From positions 117,935 to 181,934 of IMG/VR virus record IMGVR_UViG_3300020463_002275: a stretch of DNA of 64,000 nucleotides; one strand, written 5' to 3'. The notes below the pieces were generated by a model, which had not been told where the DNA came from, searched no databases, and was given only the letters and a program-made list of their open reading frames with translations. How positions within the stretch are numbered: the first letter of the stretch is position 1; every line of letters starts with the position of its first letter. Source of the stretch: a virus. This document shows positions 29,636 through 39,529 of the stretch, one piece after another. The translations under genes were made by a program, and so were the position numbers.

Positions 29636-32600
29636 ATGGCAAAGAAAAAGATTAATAATTATAAGTTTAAACCAGGAATAGGTTATGTAGAGAACCTATA
29701 TCCAAACGCTTATGCACTTTTAAATTCAAACAAAACATTTTTACAAGCAGAAACAGGACAGTTTATAACTTCTAGAGTAAGTGATGCTACAGCATTTCAA
29801 GCAGACCTTGTTTCAATGATTGACGACCTAGAACAAGAAATGGTTTTAGGAACTACTGCTACACAAAGACTTTGGGGATATATTGAAAGTCAAAAAAGTA
29901 TTAACCAAAAAACAACACGTAAAAGAACTATACAAAGATTAAAAACAGGGTTAACTGCATTAAGTAATGTTACAGGTACTTACCAAACAGCAATAGAAAC
30001 TGCTATAGACGAAATAGTAGATATTGCAGTTAATGGATTTGCAAGTGCGGCAGTAGATTTAACAACTTCAGAGCGTACAGGCGAAACAGAAGTTAATATT
30101 GGCTATGCTGTTGCTAGAATGAAAAGTAACAGAGCATTTATGATTTCTGAAACAAAAGCATTTATGGATGCAGATACTCCTGGTAATACTGTAACTACAG
30201 CGGCAACTTTTGAAACTGAATTAGGTATTTTAATTGATTGTATTTGTCAAGACGTATCAACAACAGCAAATAATTTAACTAAAACAATTAATGAAGAAAT
30301 TTATGTAAACACCACACCAGGAAATAGATCACTTTTAAGTGACGGTATGACTAGACTAGCAACTGTTATGAAACAAATTGCTGAAGGTGCTACAGTTGCA
30401 CGTACAACAGGAAATTCTTTAACACAAGACACAAGCGGAACTAGTGCAAACACAGTATTAGGTGATAGATGTAGACAACATATATTAGATACACAATCAG
30501 TAGTTGCTAACGGTACAACATCAAGTTTACCTACACCAGTATATCCAAATTATAGTGATGAACCAGCACAAGGACAATCAGCCGCTACAGATTTAGAAAA
30601 TAATAAAACTACTGTTGCTACAAATATTAATGCTTTTTATAACTATACATTTAATCAAGCAAAATGTGAAAGAGATACAGGATTAATTATTAAATCGTAT
30701 TTGTTTGATTTAAGATACGGTGGTAATCAAAAAACATATGAATATGCAAGTAAGTATTGGGAACAAGATGTAGCACAAATTGACGGCACACGCTATCCTG
30801 AAACAGATACACATACTTGGCTAACAGAACTTATTAGAGATTATGTTTTTAATAAAACAACATATCCAAATGAACAAACAGCAACAACACAAACAATTAC
30901 AGGAACAGACGCAGAAGCAGGCGCAGATACACCAATTACAGATTTAGGTTCTTTAGTAGTAACTACTATTGAAGGTGGATTAAGTGCAAGACCAGCATTT
31001 GTTGACACTGGAGCAGGTTATATTAAATTTCCTGGAAATTATGATTCTAGCGATATATTATTAATTACAAACACTACAGACAACGAAGTTATATACTCGT
31101 TCAATGATGTAAATAGTGGAGGTGTTACAGAACTTGCTACATCATTTGTTAGTACGAATGATTATGCATACACAGAAGATGAAGACTTCCCTGCATATCT
31201 GCAAACAACAGATGCAATTACAAAAGTTTATTTAAACAAGAATACTGCAAGTATGCTTGCAGAAGACAAGTTACAAATTTATGTTGATACAGATGAATTA
31301 ATTATTAGACCATTTGAATTTGGTACAGATGCTATTGAAAGAAATAGAACTGCTGAACCACAGTCAATGCTAGACGCTGACTTTGAGTACGGACTACAGC
31401 CTACTAAATGGAGTGCTATTGCAACGATGCGAGGTTATCCATCAGTTTACGAAGTTCCAGGAACTGAAACAAGTGTTATATCAATCATTTCAGACAGTAG
31501 TGCAGGCACAGCAGGAGTTGGTAGTTCATTAATTACAGTAACAACAGCAGGTGCTCACGGATTTGAACTTGGTGATGCAATTACAATAAAAGGTTTAAAA
31601 CAAGACGTACAAGGTTACAGTAGAGCAGAAGGTGCATTTATAATAATTTCAGTACCTAATGCAATTAGTTTTCAATATTATGCAAAAGCAAAAGTTGGTA
31701 CAAGTGGAAATGTAAACATTGAAGCAGAAGCAACACAACTTAGACAAGCAGGATTTTATACAGGTGCTAGTATTGGTGTTCCGGCATTTAGCGTTGAAAG
31801 TAATGGTAGTTCAGGTACAATAAGACCAGCACTGACTGTTGGATCAGGCGAAGACGTAATACCATTTACTGTTACAGTAGGCTTAGCACCAGAGATTGGT
31901 GCTCCTTTAACAGCATCATCAGGAATTGCTTTAGGTACACAGGTCACAGGTAGAGTTGGTACAGGAGGAGTTGCAGTAACTCCAGTTGTAACAGCAGACT
32001 ATGGTCCGGGATCAACACAAGTTGATGTTCAATCTACTTCAGGCATTCAACAAAATATGGCGGCTAACAAAGGTGACGGAACAGCAACACTAGTCAATAC
32101 TGTTGTAGGAAACACAATTACATTAAGCGATGCTACAACAAATGATATTAAAGGTAACTATGTTAATTACACAGCAGTTGAAGGACAAAATATTGTTAGT
32201 TTAGGGTTTGGTGCTACGTTTGATGTTAGTAGAGCAGGCGGTAACTACACAATTGATGCTATTGTTAATTCAGGTCAAGACTATTCGCCCAATGATGTGT
32301 TAATAATTCAAGGTGAATTTTTAGGTGGTGTTACACCAACAAACGATTTAACGATTACAGTATCTAGTGTAGATACAGGTGGAGAAATTTTAACTACTTC
32401 TGTAAGTGGTACAGCATTTAATGGTACAGGAAACTTTGGTAATGTTACTGGTACATATTTAAATGGTAACGGTACAGGCGGTCTTTGGAACATAGGATAT
32501 ACAAACGGAGTGTTTAACAATGTTACACTAAGTAATCCAAGTTTCCCTTCACAAAACGGAACAGTTAGTGGCGGTGCTGGTACTGGTGTATTACTTGATT

Positions 32601-35600
32601 TTGTTGTTACAAACAATACATATGCAGTAACAGTAGATCCAGCAACAGCAGGTGTTACAGGTTATAGTGTGTATGATATTATTCAAGTTTCAGGTAATAA
32701 CTTAGGTGGTACTTCACCTAACAATGATGCACAAGTTACTGTAACAAATGTTGATAGTACTGGATATCCAACCGGAGTAAGTGTAACAGGTAACGGTGGC
32801 AATGCGACAAACAATTTTACTAATGTAACTTATAGCACAAATAATTCAGGTATTGGTGCAAATTTAAATATCCAAACTAATGGTACAACTTATACTCCAG
32901 TGTTTACTGTTACTGGTACAGGATTTGCACAGAATGATACAGTCACAGTATTAGGTACACAAGTTGGCGGATTAAGTCCTGCAAACGATATTACAATTAC
33001 AATAGATACAGTTGATACTGGTGGAGAAATTTTAACATTTACTACAACAGGTACAGCAGTTAATAGTCATTCATATAGTGGTATTGGTAATGGAATAAAC
33101 TTAGTTGGTAGTGGAGCGGACTTTAATGTTACAATTAACGGACTAAATGAAACTTACGGAGTTACAGTTGGCAATGCAGGTAATAATTATGCACCTAATC
33201 AAACAATTACAATTCCAGGCACACAATTAGGTGGTGCTACTCCAGACAATGATTTAACAATTACAGTAACAGATGTTGATAACGATTCAACTCTCACAGT
33301 AGGTGGTATATTAACCGTTAATGCTACAGGTACAGCAGTTAAATCAACTTCAGGTTATGCAATTGGTGACAGATTAAAAATAAACGGTAGTTCCTTTACA
33401 GGAGGAGCAGATACAACTAACGATGCAATTATTGAAGTTACATCAGTAGACGGTACAGGCGGTATTACTAACTATACAACAACTGGTACAGCACCAGACG
33501 GAGTACAAACTTATACAGCAGTAACAGGCACAGCAAGTTTAAGCGGTACAAATGCTTCATTTGATGTAACACGTACTGGGTCAACATATACAGCAGTTTT
33601 AAACTTAGCAGGTGCTAACTTTGTTCAAAACGAAACTATTGTAATCTTAGGTACAGATTTAGGCGGTGCTACAACAGCAAACGATTGTACAATTACAGTT
33701 GATAGTGTCGACGGTAGCGGAGCAATCCAAACACTTACGCCAACAGGTACTGCGGCAAATGTAGGATTGCTGTCTGAACAATCAGCAGGTAGTATTGTAG
33801 GTAATGGTGCAACGTTTAATGTTGCGTTAGCCGCAGGAAGTTATACAACTACACTTGCACAAGCAGGTCAAGAATATTATCCTGGACAAAAATTCCTAGT
33901 AACTGGTAATCTATTAGCAGGTGCTACACCAACAAATGACTTAACAATTACTATTTCAACTGTAAATGCAACTGGAGGTATATTAACAGTTTCAGACTCA
34001 GGTTCAGCAAGTACAGATGTTGCTAGTTTTGCAAACGTTTCTGCAAACGTAGCAAGTTCAACAGGTAACGGATTTAGTTTAGATATTTTAAGAGATGGTA
34101 CTACTGCTGATAGTAGTGTAGGAACATATACATTTAGTTTAAATCAAGGTGGAAGTAATTATCAAATAAGTGATAAGATAAAAATTGGTGGAGAAAATTT
34201 AGGAGGCCAAGGCAGTATACATGATGTACAAATTGTTGTAGATAGTATAGATAGTGCAGGAGCAGTGCTAACATTTACAGCAACAGGAGATGCTTTTGCA
34301 GGTACTTCGTTTGACTTATACAGTACAGTTACAGTTGATACTCCAACTACCGGCCAACTAGCAACTTCATTAGACATATCATTTAGTGCATTGGCTACAT
34401 TACGAATTAACTTTGATTCAGCACATGGTTTAGTACCAGGTGATACATTTATTACTACGGTTGATTCAGACGATGGCAGTAACAATCATGATTTAGCGGC
34501 AGGTTCGTTTATTGCAACAGCAATACCAAGTGCAACATCACTTACATTTACTGCTAGAGCGGCAGGAACTATTGATGCTACAAGCGATAATATTAACGGT
34601 ACGGTTTATCCAAGACCAGATTCATTCTTTATTCACAGACCATTTGACGGTGGTGTGCAATTAGGTACTGGCGGTCCACAACATGGCGCACAAGCAATAC
34701 GTCAAAGTAAAAAATATATTAGATACCAATCAGGTAAAGGCATCATGTACACAACAGGTGCGTTGTTTGCTCCAAGTTATGACTTGAGAAGTATAACAGC
34801 AAGTGGTGTAGAAATTGGTGCAACAATTACTGTAACTTGTGATGATAATGATCATGGTTTACAGATTGGTTCAAGCATAAAATTAATTGGCATTGAAACT
34901 GTAGGATATAACGGAACATATACAGTTAATGATGTAATTGATGAGCGTACATTTGAAGTAATTAACACCCTCAACAGACTAGGTAACACTACTGCGGTTT
35001 TAAGTTTTGGTGCTCAAATGTCAACATATCAGTGGCACGGTGCAACTGTACGTTCGGGTGTGTTTGATGATCAAAACGGCATTTATTGGGAATATGATGG
35101 CACAAACTTATTATGCTGTCAGCGTACTTCAACTAAACAAATTTCAGGCACAGGGGCAATAACACCAGATACAAACACCGTTACTGGAACAAACACAAGA
35201 TTTAGAGATCAATTAAAAGCAGGTGATAGAATTGTTATACGTGGTATGACCCATGTTGTAAGTGCAGTTACTACACAAACACAAATGACAGTAACACCAG
35301 ACTATAGAGGTGTAAACACAGCAGTAGGTACTAAAATATGTTTAGTTGCTGATAAAAAAGTTAGACAAAAAGACTGGAACCTAGATAGAATGGACGGCAC
35401 TGGTCCAAGTGGTTATAATTTTGATCCTGCTAAAATGCAGATGATAGGAATTGAATATTCATGGTATGGTGCTGGTTTTATTGATTATATGGTGCGTGGT
35501 GCAGACGGTAACTTTGTATATGGACATAGAATTAGAAATTCAAATGTCAATACTGAAGCATATATGCGTTCAGGTAACTTGCCTGTGCGTTATGAAATTA

Positions 35601-37063
35601 CCAACGAAGGTCAAAATGGTAAATTAAAAACAGATATTGATGCAACACAAACAACCATACCGTTAGAAACAGTTGACTTCTTTCCAACTTCAGGTACAGT
35701 TTATATTGACAACGAACTTATAAGTTTTACAGGTACAGACACAGCAACTAATAGCATTACAGGTTGTACAAGACAGGCAACACTTACAAACTTCCAAGCA
35801 GGTGCGGCACGTAGTTACACAGCAGGAAATCCGGCGTCACATGATGCTAGAACAGGTGTAATTTTAATTAGTAATACAACAACACCACTAATATCACATT
35901 GGGGATCGGCGTTTATTACAGATGGCGGCTTTGATGAAGATCGTGGTTACATTTTCTCTTACACAGAACAAGCACTAACAGTTACAAATGTTAGACAAAC
36001 AGCATTTATGATAAGACTAGCACCTAGTGTATCAAACGCTATTATTGGTGACTTAGGAGATAGAGAATTACTTAACAGAGCACAATTACTACTAAGTTCT
36101 CTAGAAGTTACATCAGAAGCAAACTCAACAGGTTCTATTGTTATTGAAGGTATCCTAAATCCGCAAAACTATCCTACTAACCCAGCGTTGATTAGTTGGA
36201 CAGGATTAAGTGGACTTGCACAAGGTGGACAACCAAGTTTTGCACAGATTGCATCAGGTGGTGGTATTACATGGTCAACTGGTGCTACTACAACTACATC
36301 AAATATTACTGCACAAGCAGGAGTAAATGCTGTACTAGATTCAGGAATATATAGATCAAGAAACGGAAGTAGATATATCTATGTAAATGGTTCAGACTAT
36401 AGAGCAACATTTGGAACAGATAGTACAGATCCAGTATTAGGTAAAACAATTACAGGTAACAACATAAGATCCAATACAAGAGTTGACGGTGGTTATATTT
36501 CTGCAAGTGGAACTTATGGTTACTTATTCTTATCCCAGACACTTAGTGGAAACATTACTCAGAATACATCAAATGCAATGACAATTACATCACATGGGAC
36601 AGTAGAAAATGCTAACTTTGCATACATTCAAAAAGCAAGTTGGGAAGCAAGTGGTGGTAGAGATGGTACAGCAGTAAGCCCAACAAGTTCATCACCAACT
36701 TGGCCTGCTAACACAGTTATTAACAAAATTGAATTGGTAGACTTTGCTGGTACTGAATATTATTTGATTGAATTTAACAACGCCGCTAGTGGAGATTTAG
36801 TAGCAGGTAGTGGTACTATTACACTTGAATTTAGTTCACCACCCTACGGACAACCAGGTGAAACAGTTCTATCATTTATTGCACAGCCAGGTTCTCGTGC
36901 TGACTTAGATCTAAGTCAATTGAAAGAACTTACAAATACTACATTAGGTGGTAGAGGTACTTTTCCAAACGGTCCAGACGTATTAGCGATTAACGTGTTT
37001 AAAACAACAGGCACTGATGTTGAAGCCAACATTATTCTACGTTGGTCAGAGGCTCAAGCGTAA
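29636..37063 (+). CDS. Giant 2475-aa virion fibre/appendage protein
   Basis: N-terminal helical repeats (one with QAKCERDTG); about 8 copies of G-x-Y-x3-D-x-I-x-I-x-G-x2-LGG-x-TP-x-ND-x-TITV; Thr/Gly-rich. Confidence 0.7.
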   Translation: MAKKKINNYKFKPGIGYVENLYPNAYALLNSNKTFLQAETGQFITSRVSDATAFQADLVSMIDDLEQEMVLGTTATQRLWGYIESQKSINQKTTRKRTIQRLKTGLTALSNVTGTYQTAIETAIDEIVDIAVNGFASAAVDLTTSERTGETEVNIGYAVARMKSNRAFMISETKAFMDADTPGNTVTTAATFETELGILIDCICQDVSTTANNLTKTINEEIYVNTTPGNRSLLSDGMTRLATVMKQIAEGATVARTTGNSLTQDTSGTSANTVLGDRCRQHILDTQSVVANGTTSSLPTPVYPNYSDEPAQGQSAATDLENNKTTVATNINAFYNYTFNQAKCERDTGLIIKSYLFDLRYGGNQKTYEYASKYWEQDVAQIDGTRYPETDTHTWLTELIRDYVFNKTTYPNEQTATTQTITGTDAEAGADTPITDLGSLVVTTIEGGLSARPAFVDTGAGYIKFPGNYDSSDILLITNTTDNEVIYSFNDVNSGGVTELATSFVSTNDYAYTEDEDFPAYLQTTDAITKVYLNKNTASMLAEDKLQIYVDTDELIIRPFEFGTDAIERNRTAEPQSMLDADFEYGLQPTKWSAIATMRGYPSVYEVPGTETSVISIISDSSAGTAGVGSSLITVTTAGAHGFELGDAITIKGLKQDVQGYSRAEGAFIIISVPNAISFQYYAKAKVGTSGNVNIEAEATQLRQAGFYTGASIGVPAFSVESNGSSGTIRPALTVGSGEDVIPFTVTVGLAPEIGAPLTASSGIALGTQVTGRVGTGGVAVTPVVTADYGPGSTQVDVQSTSGIQQNMAANKGDGTATLVNTVVGNTITLSDATTNDIKGNYVNYTAVEGQNIVSLGFGATFDVSRAGGNYTIDAIVNSGQDYSPNDVLIIQGEFLGGVTPTNDLTITVSSVDTGGEILTTSVSGTAFNGTGNFGNVTGTYLNGNGTGGLWNIGYTNGVFNNVTLSNPSFPSQNGTVSGGAGTGVLLDFVVTNNTYAVTVDPATAGVTGYSVYDIIQVSGNNLGGTSPNNDAQVTVTNVDSTGYPTGVSVTGNGGNATNNFTNVTYSTNNSGIGANLNIQTNGTTYTPVFTVTGTGFAQNDTVTVLGTQVGGLSPANDITITIDTVDTGGEILTFTTTGTAVNSHSYSGIGNGINLVGSGADFNVTINGLNETYGVTVGNAGNNYAPNQTITIPGTQLGGATPDNDLTITVTDVDNDSTLTVGGILTVNATGTAVKSTSGYAIGDRLKINGSSFTGGADTTNDAIIEVTSVDGTGGITNYTTTGTAPDGVQTYTAVTGTASLSGTNASFDVTRTGSTYTAVLNLAGANFVQNETIVILGTDLGGATTANDCTITVDSVDGSGAIQTLTPTGTAANVGLLSEQSAGSIVGNGATFNVALAAGSYTTTLAQAGQEYYPGQKFLVTGNLLAGATPTNDLTITISTVNATGGILTVSDSGSASTDVASFANVSANVASSTGNGFSLDILRDGTTADSSVGTYTFSLNQGGSNYQISDKIKIGGENLGGQGSIHDVQIVVDSIDSAGAVLTFTATGDAFAGTSFDLYSTVTVDTPTTGQLATSLDISFSALATLRINFDSAHGLVPGDTFITTVDSDDGSNNHDLAAGSFIATAIPSATSLTFTARAAGTIDATSDNINGTVYPRPDSFFIHRPFDGGVQLGTGGPQHGAQAIRQSKKYIRYQSGKGIMYTTGALFAPSYDLRSITASGVEIGATITVTCDDNDHGLQIGSSIKLIGIETVGYNGTYTVNDVIDERTFEVINTLNRLGNTTAVLSFGAQMSTYQWHGATVRSGVFDDQNGIYWEYDGTNLLCCQRTSTKQISGTGAITPDTNTVTGTNTRFRDQLKAGDRIVIRGMTHVVSAVTTQTQMTVTPDYRGVNTAVGTKICLVADKKVRQKDWNLDRMDGTGPSGYNFDPAKMQMIGIEYSWYGAGFIDYMVRGADGNFVYGHRIRNSNVNTEAYMRSGNLPVRYEITNEGQNGKLKTDIDATQTTIPLETVDFFPTSGTVYIDNELISFTGTDTATNSITGCTRQATLTNFQAGAARSYTAGNPASHDARTGVILISNTTTPLISHWGSAFITDGGFDEDRGYIFSYTEQALTVTNVRQTAFMIRLAPSVSNAIIGDLGDRELLNRAQLLLSSLEVTSEANSTGSIVIEGILNPQNYPTNPALISWTGLSGLAQGGQPSFAQIASGGGITWSTGATTTTSNITAQAGVNAVLDSGIYRSRNGSRYIYVNGSDYRATFGTDSTDPVLGKTITGNNIRSNTRVDGGYISASGTYGYLFLSQTLSGNITQNTSNAMTITSHGTVENANFAYIQKASWEASGGRDGTAVSPTSSSPTWPANTVINKIELVDFAGTEYYLIEFNNAASGDLVAGSGTITLEFSSPPYGQPGETVLSFIAQPGSRADLDLSQLKELTNTTLGGRGTFPNGPDVLAINVFKTTGTDVEANIILRWSEAQA
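32180..34290 (+). repeat. Protein-level tandem repeats (~80-95 aa) in the giant fibre
   Basis: Recurring LGG(A/V/T)(T/S)P(T/D/N)NDLTITV...G.IL units; boundaries approximate. Confidence 0.7.
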
Positions 37064-37581
37064 ATATTAAAATTTACTATACAACGAGGATTATCAGTTG
37101 GAAATCCACCTGAGTGTAAAGTTTCTCCGTCAAATAAAACTATACGTCCTTTTTTAGGAGTAACTTTTTCTATTACTTTTTCTTTTTCAAAGAATACAGT
37201 ATCACCGTCACTATCATTTACATAATAAATTAAACCTAAATGTTTTTCAGGTCGATCTGTATGAGGAGCATAAAAGTCAAGTTTAGTTTTATGCGGCACT
37301 GTAATAAAAAGTCTTGCGGCAATGATATCAATAAAATCAATGTTTAATTCTGCAAAAACAGTTTGCGGTATTTTTGAAAAATTGCCATAGTGTTCAGTAA
37401 GTTTTGTACTACTCTTTAATACATGTTCAAAACTTACAGGTATGTTACCACCATCAAATGCAGTTGGCTCATATTTACAAACTAAAGGTAGTGTTGCATT
37501 AATTTTTGTACTACCAAAAACAAGTGTGTGATAGTAATCCTGTAATTCTTGTGGTATAAGATTATCTTTAACTATTATCAT
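37054..37581 (-). CDS. 2OG-Fe(II) oxygenase (prolyl-4-hydroxylase-like)
   Basis: PHTD (HxD), LIYYVNDSDGDT, PKKGRIVLFDG..LH, RCIVNFN. Confidence 0.8.
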   Translation of the reverse strand: MIIVKDNLIPQELQDYYHTLVFGSTKINATLPLVCKYEPTAFDGGNIPVSFEHVLKSSTKLTEHYGNFSKIPQTVFAELNIDFIDIIAARLFITVPHKTKLDFYAPHTDRPEKHLGLIYYVNDSDGDTVFFEKEKVIEKVTPKKGRIVLFDGETLHSGGFPTDNPRCIVNFNIYA

Positions 37582-38203
37582 CTAGCATATCAACAAACGA
37601 AGAAAGGTTATCAAATACTCTTGTTGCTTTCCTAATATTTCTGTATGTAAATCTTTTGTTAATTAATTCTTCTGTTTCTTTCCCGTATCCTGTGCGAACT
37701 AATACAGGTCTTGCTCCCATCTTAAGAGCGGCTTTTAGATCTGATATTTTATCTCCAACAAAATATCCTTTATTAAATTTAACATGTTTTACTTCTTGTT
37801 CGCAACGCTTAAACATTCCTGTGTTAGGTTTTGCAAACATATCTTTTTTTGAACTACTTGCACTATAGTATAATCCGTCTATACTAGGACATCCTGCTAA
37901 TCCTAATTGTTGAAACATATGTTCGTGTACTTTTTCAACATCTTCTTGTTTGTAAATGCCCTTTTCAATACCGCCTTGGTTGGTAATAATAACAATTTTG
38001 TGACCTAGTTTACGTAGTTTTACTATTGCCTCTAAACTACCTTCTTCAAATTCCCAATCATCTACTTTATAAACATAATCGCCAATGTCTTTATTAATTA
38101 CACCGTCTCTGTCTAAACCAACTACACACTTAGGTGCAACATAATCTGGTCTATAGACGTCGATGTTAACATCATCACTCCATACTATCTTCGGGTCGCT
38201 CAT
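37568..38203 (-). CDS. gmhB: D-glycero-D-manno-heptose 1,7-bisphosphate phosphatase (HAD)
   Basis: LDRDGVIN, ITNQGGI, KPNTGMF, FVGDKISDLKAA, VLVRTGYG; sits in an operon with hldE/hldD. Confidence 0.85.
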   Translation of the reverse strand: MSDPKIVWSDDVNIDVYRPDYVAPKCVVGLDRDGVINKDIGDYVYKVDDWEFEEGSLEAIVKLRKLGHKIVIITNQGGIEKGIYKQEDVEKVHEHMFQQLGLAGCPSIDGLYYSASSSKKDMFAKPNTGMFKRCEQEVKHVKFNKGYFVGDKISDLKAALKMGARPVLVRTGYGKETEELINKRFTYRNIRKATRVFDNLSSFVDMLDDNS

Positions 38204-38600
38204 CTGCTACTTTTCCTTTTAACTCTTCTAACAAACCTTCTTGGCTATCACCTGGAATAAGCCTATAATTATCTTCTACACTATCAGCAGTACTTACTTC
38301 TGTGATGCTACTGTTATCTTCTAATGCTTCTAACTGATGCGGCAATAATGGTTTATTACGCCACGTCATTCCTTGTGTTAATGTTTGACTGAATAATGTT
38401 GCAGTCTTTGTATCAATCCATCGTACAATAAAACTACCTTCATTTACAAACCAACTTTCATCTTTTTCTTTATGAAAATGCATACTAAATTTATTTCCTT
38501 TTTTAGTAAACACCATCATTTTGCCACAATATAAATCATTGGTAGCCCAAATTATTTCATAGCCCCAACCTTTATCTACTTTACCTTCTAATCTTGCCAT
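38175..38600 (-). CDS. Cupin-fold putative sugar(-phosphate) isomerase
   Basis: KGWGYE, SMHFHKEKDESW..NEG, PHQL, EVST cupin motifs; start placed at MARLEG (ORF track start is 38612). Confidence 0.7.
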   Translation of the reverse strand: MARLEGKVDKGWGYEIIWATNDLYCGKMMVFTKKGNKFSMHFHKEKDESWFVNEGSFIVRWIDTKTATLFSQTLTQGMTWRNKPLLPHQLEALEDNSSITEVSTADSVEDNYRLIPGDSQEGLLEELKGKVADERPEDSME

Positions 38601-39529
38601 GTTTCTATCCATTCCTCCGGTTTGGTAAATTTAAACTCACCTATTGTTTTAATTAACTTTGTATTATCACTACAAGTATACTTTTGATATTGACTAACCA
38701 AATTATCAGGCATTGGTATAGGTTCTACTTTTGCATTATATTTGTTTGCAATACTATGTGCAATAGTTGTAAAACTTGTTGTTTCGCCTGTACCTACATT
38801 CCATATACCCATTTCATCAATGTTCATCATTTTTTCAATAATTTTACATACATCTCCTACGTATATAAAATCTCTTAAAAATTCACTACTGCCTACAAAT
38901 GGATGTACTTTGCCTGTTTCTTTTGCTTGGGCTTTAAACTTATGGAATACACTCATTTGATCACCTTTGTGTTCTTCGTGTTCTCCATATACATTAAAAA
39001 AGCGTAACCCTTTAATATTACATTTATAATCTTCCCATTTAATCATTTCTACACCACGATCAAATAAATATTTTGACCATGAATAAGGACTTTGTGGTTG
39101 CTTAGGTGCATCTTCTTGAAAATTTGTACCATCACCATATATACTAGCACTTGATGCATATATTAAATCAACTCCTTGCATGTCGCAAACTTGCATTAAT
39201 CTATGACTGAAATCTAAGTTTTGTTTTAAAACTTTTTCAACATCACGTTCTGTTGTGCTTGATATTGCACCCATATGTAAAACTTTATCAAATTGACTGC
39301 AATCAGGAACTACATTTTCAATAAATTCATACTCTGCTATACCGTGGCCTTTGCTCATGAGATACTTTTTTAAATTTTTTCCGATAAATCCATCGGCTCC
39401 TGTAATTAATATTTTTAATTTATTCTTATTCATGCTTCTTTCTTTGTTATTCCTACGTGATGCTTCTAAACTCATTTTTAATTCTTGTTCTTCCTTTGGC
39501 CACTCTTCATGAAAATATTTTTTATTCAT
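38588..39529 (-). CDS. hldD: ADP-L-glycero-D-manno-heptose 6-epimerase
   Basis: ITGADGFIG, HMGAISST, YASSASIYG, PYSWSK, LRFFNVYG..EEHKG, RDFIYVGD; alternative start at 39433. Confidence 0.85.
   Translation of the reverse strand: MNKKYFHEEWPKEEQELKMSLEASRRNNKERSMNKNKLKILITGADGFIGKNLKKYLMSKGHGIAEYEFIENVVPDCSQFDKVLHMGAISSTTERDVEKVLKQNLDFSHRLMQVCDMQGVDLIYASSASIYGDGTNFQEDAPKQPQSPYSWSKYLFDRGVEMIKWEDYKCNIKGLRFFNVYGEHEEHKGDQMSVFHKFKAQAKETGKVHPFVGSSEFLRDFIYVGDVCKIIEKMMNIDEMGIWNVGTGETTSFTTIAHSIANKYNAKVEPIPMPDNLVSQYQKYTCSDNTKLIKTIGEFKFTKPEEWIETWQD

Noticed and set aside
39433-39529. 32-aa N-terminal extension on hldD
   Set aside because: Cannot choose between the coupled ATG (39529) and the internal ATG (39433); no functional motif.
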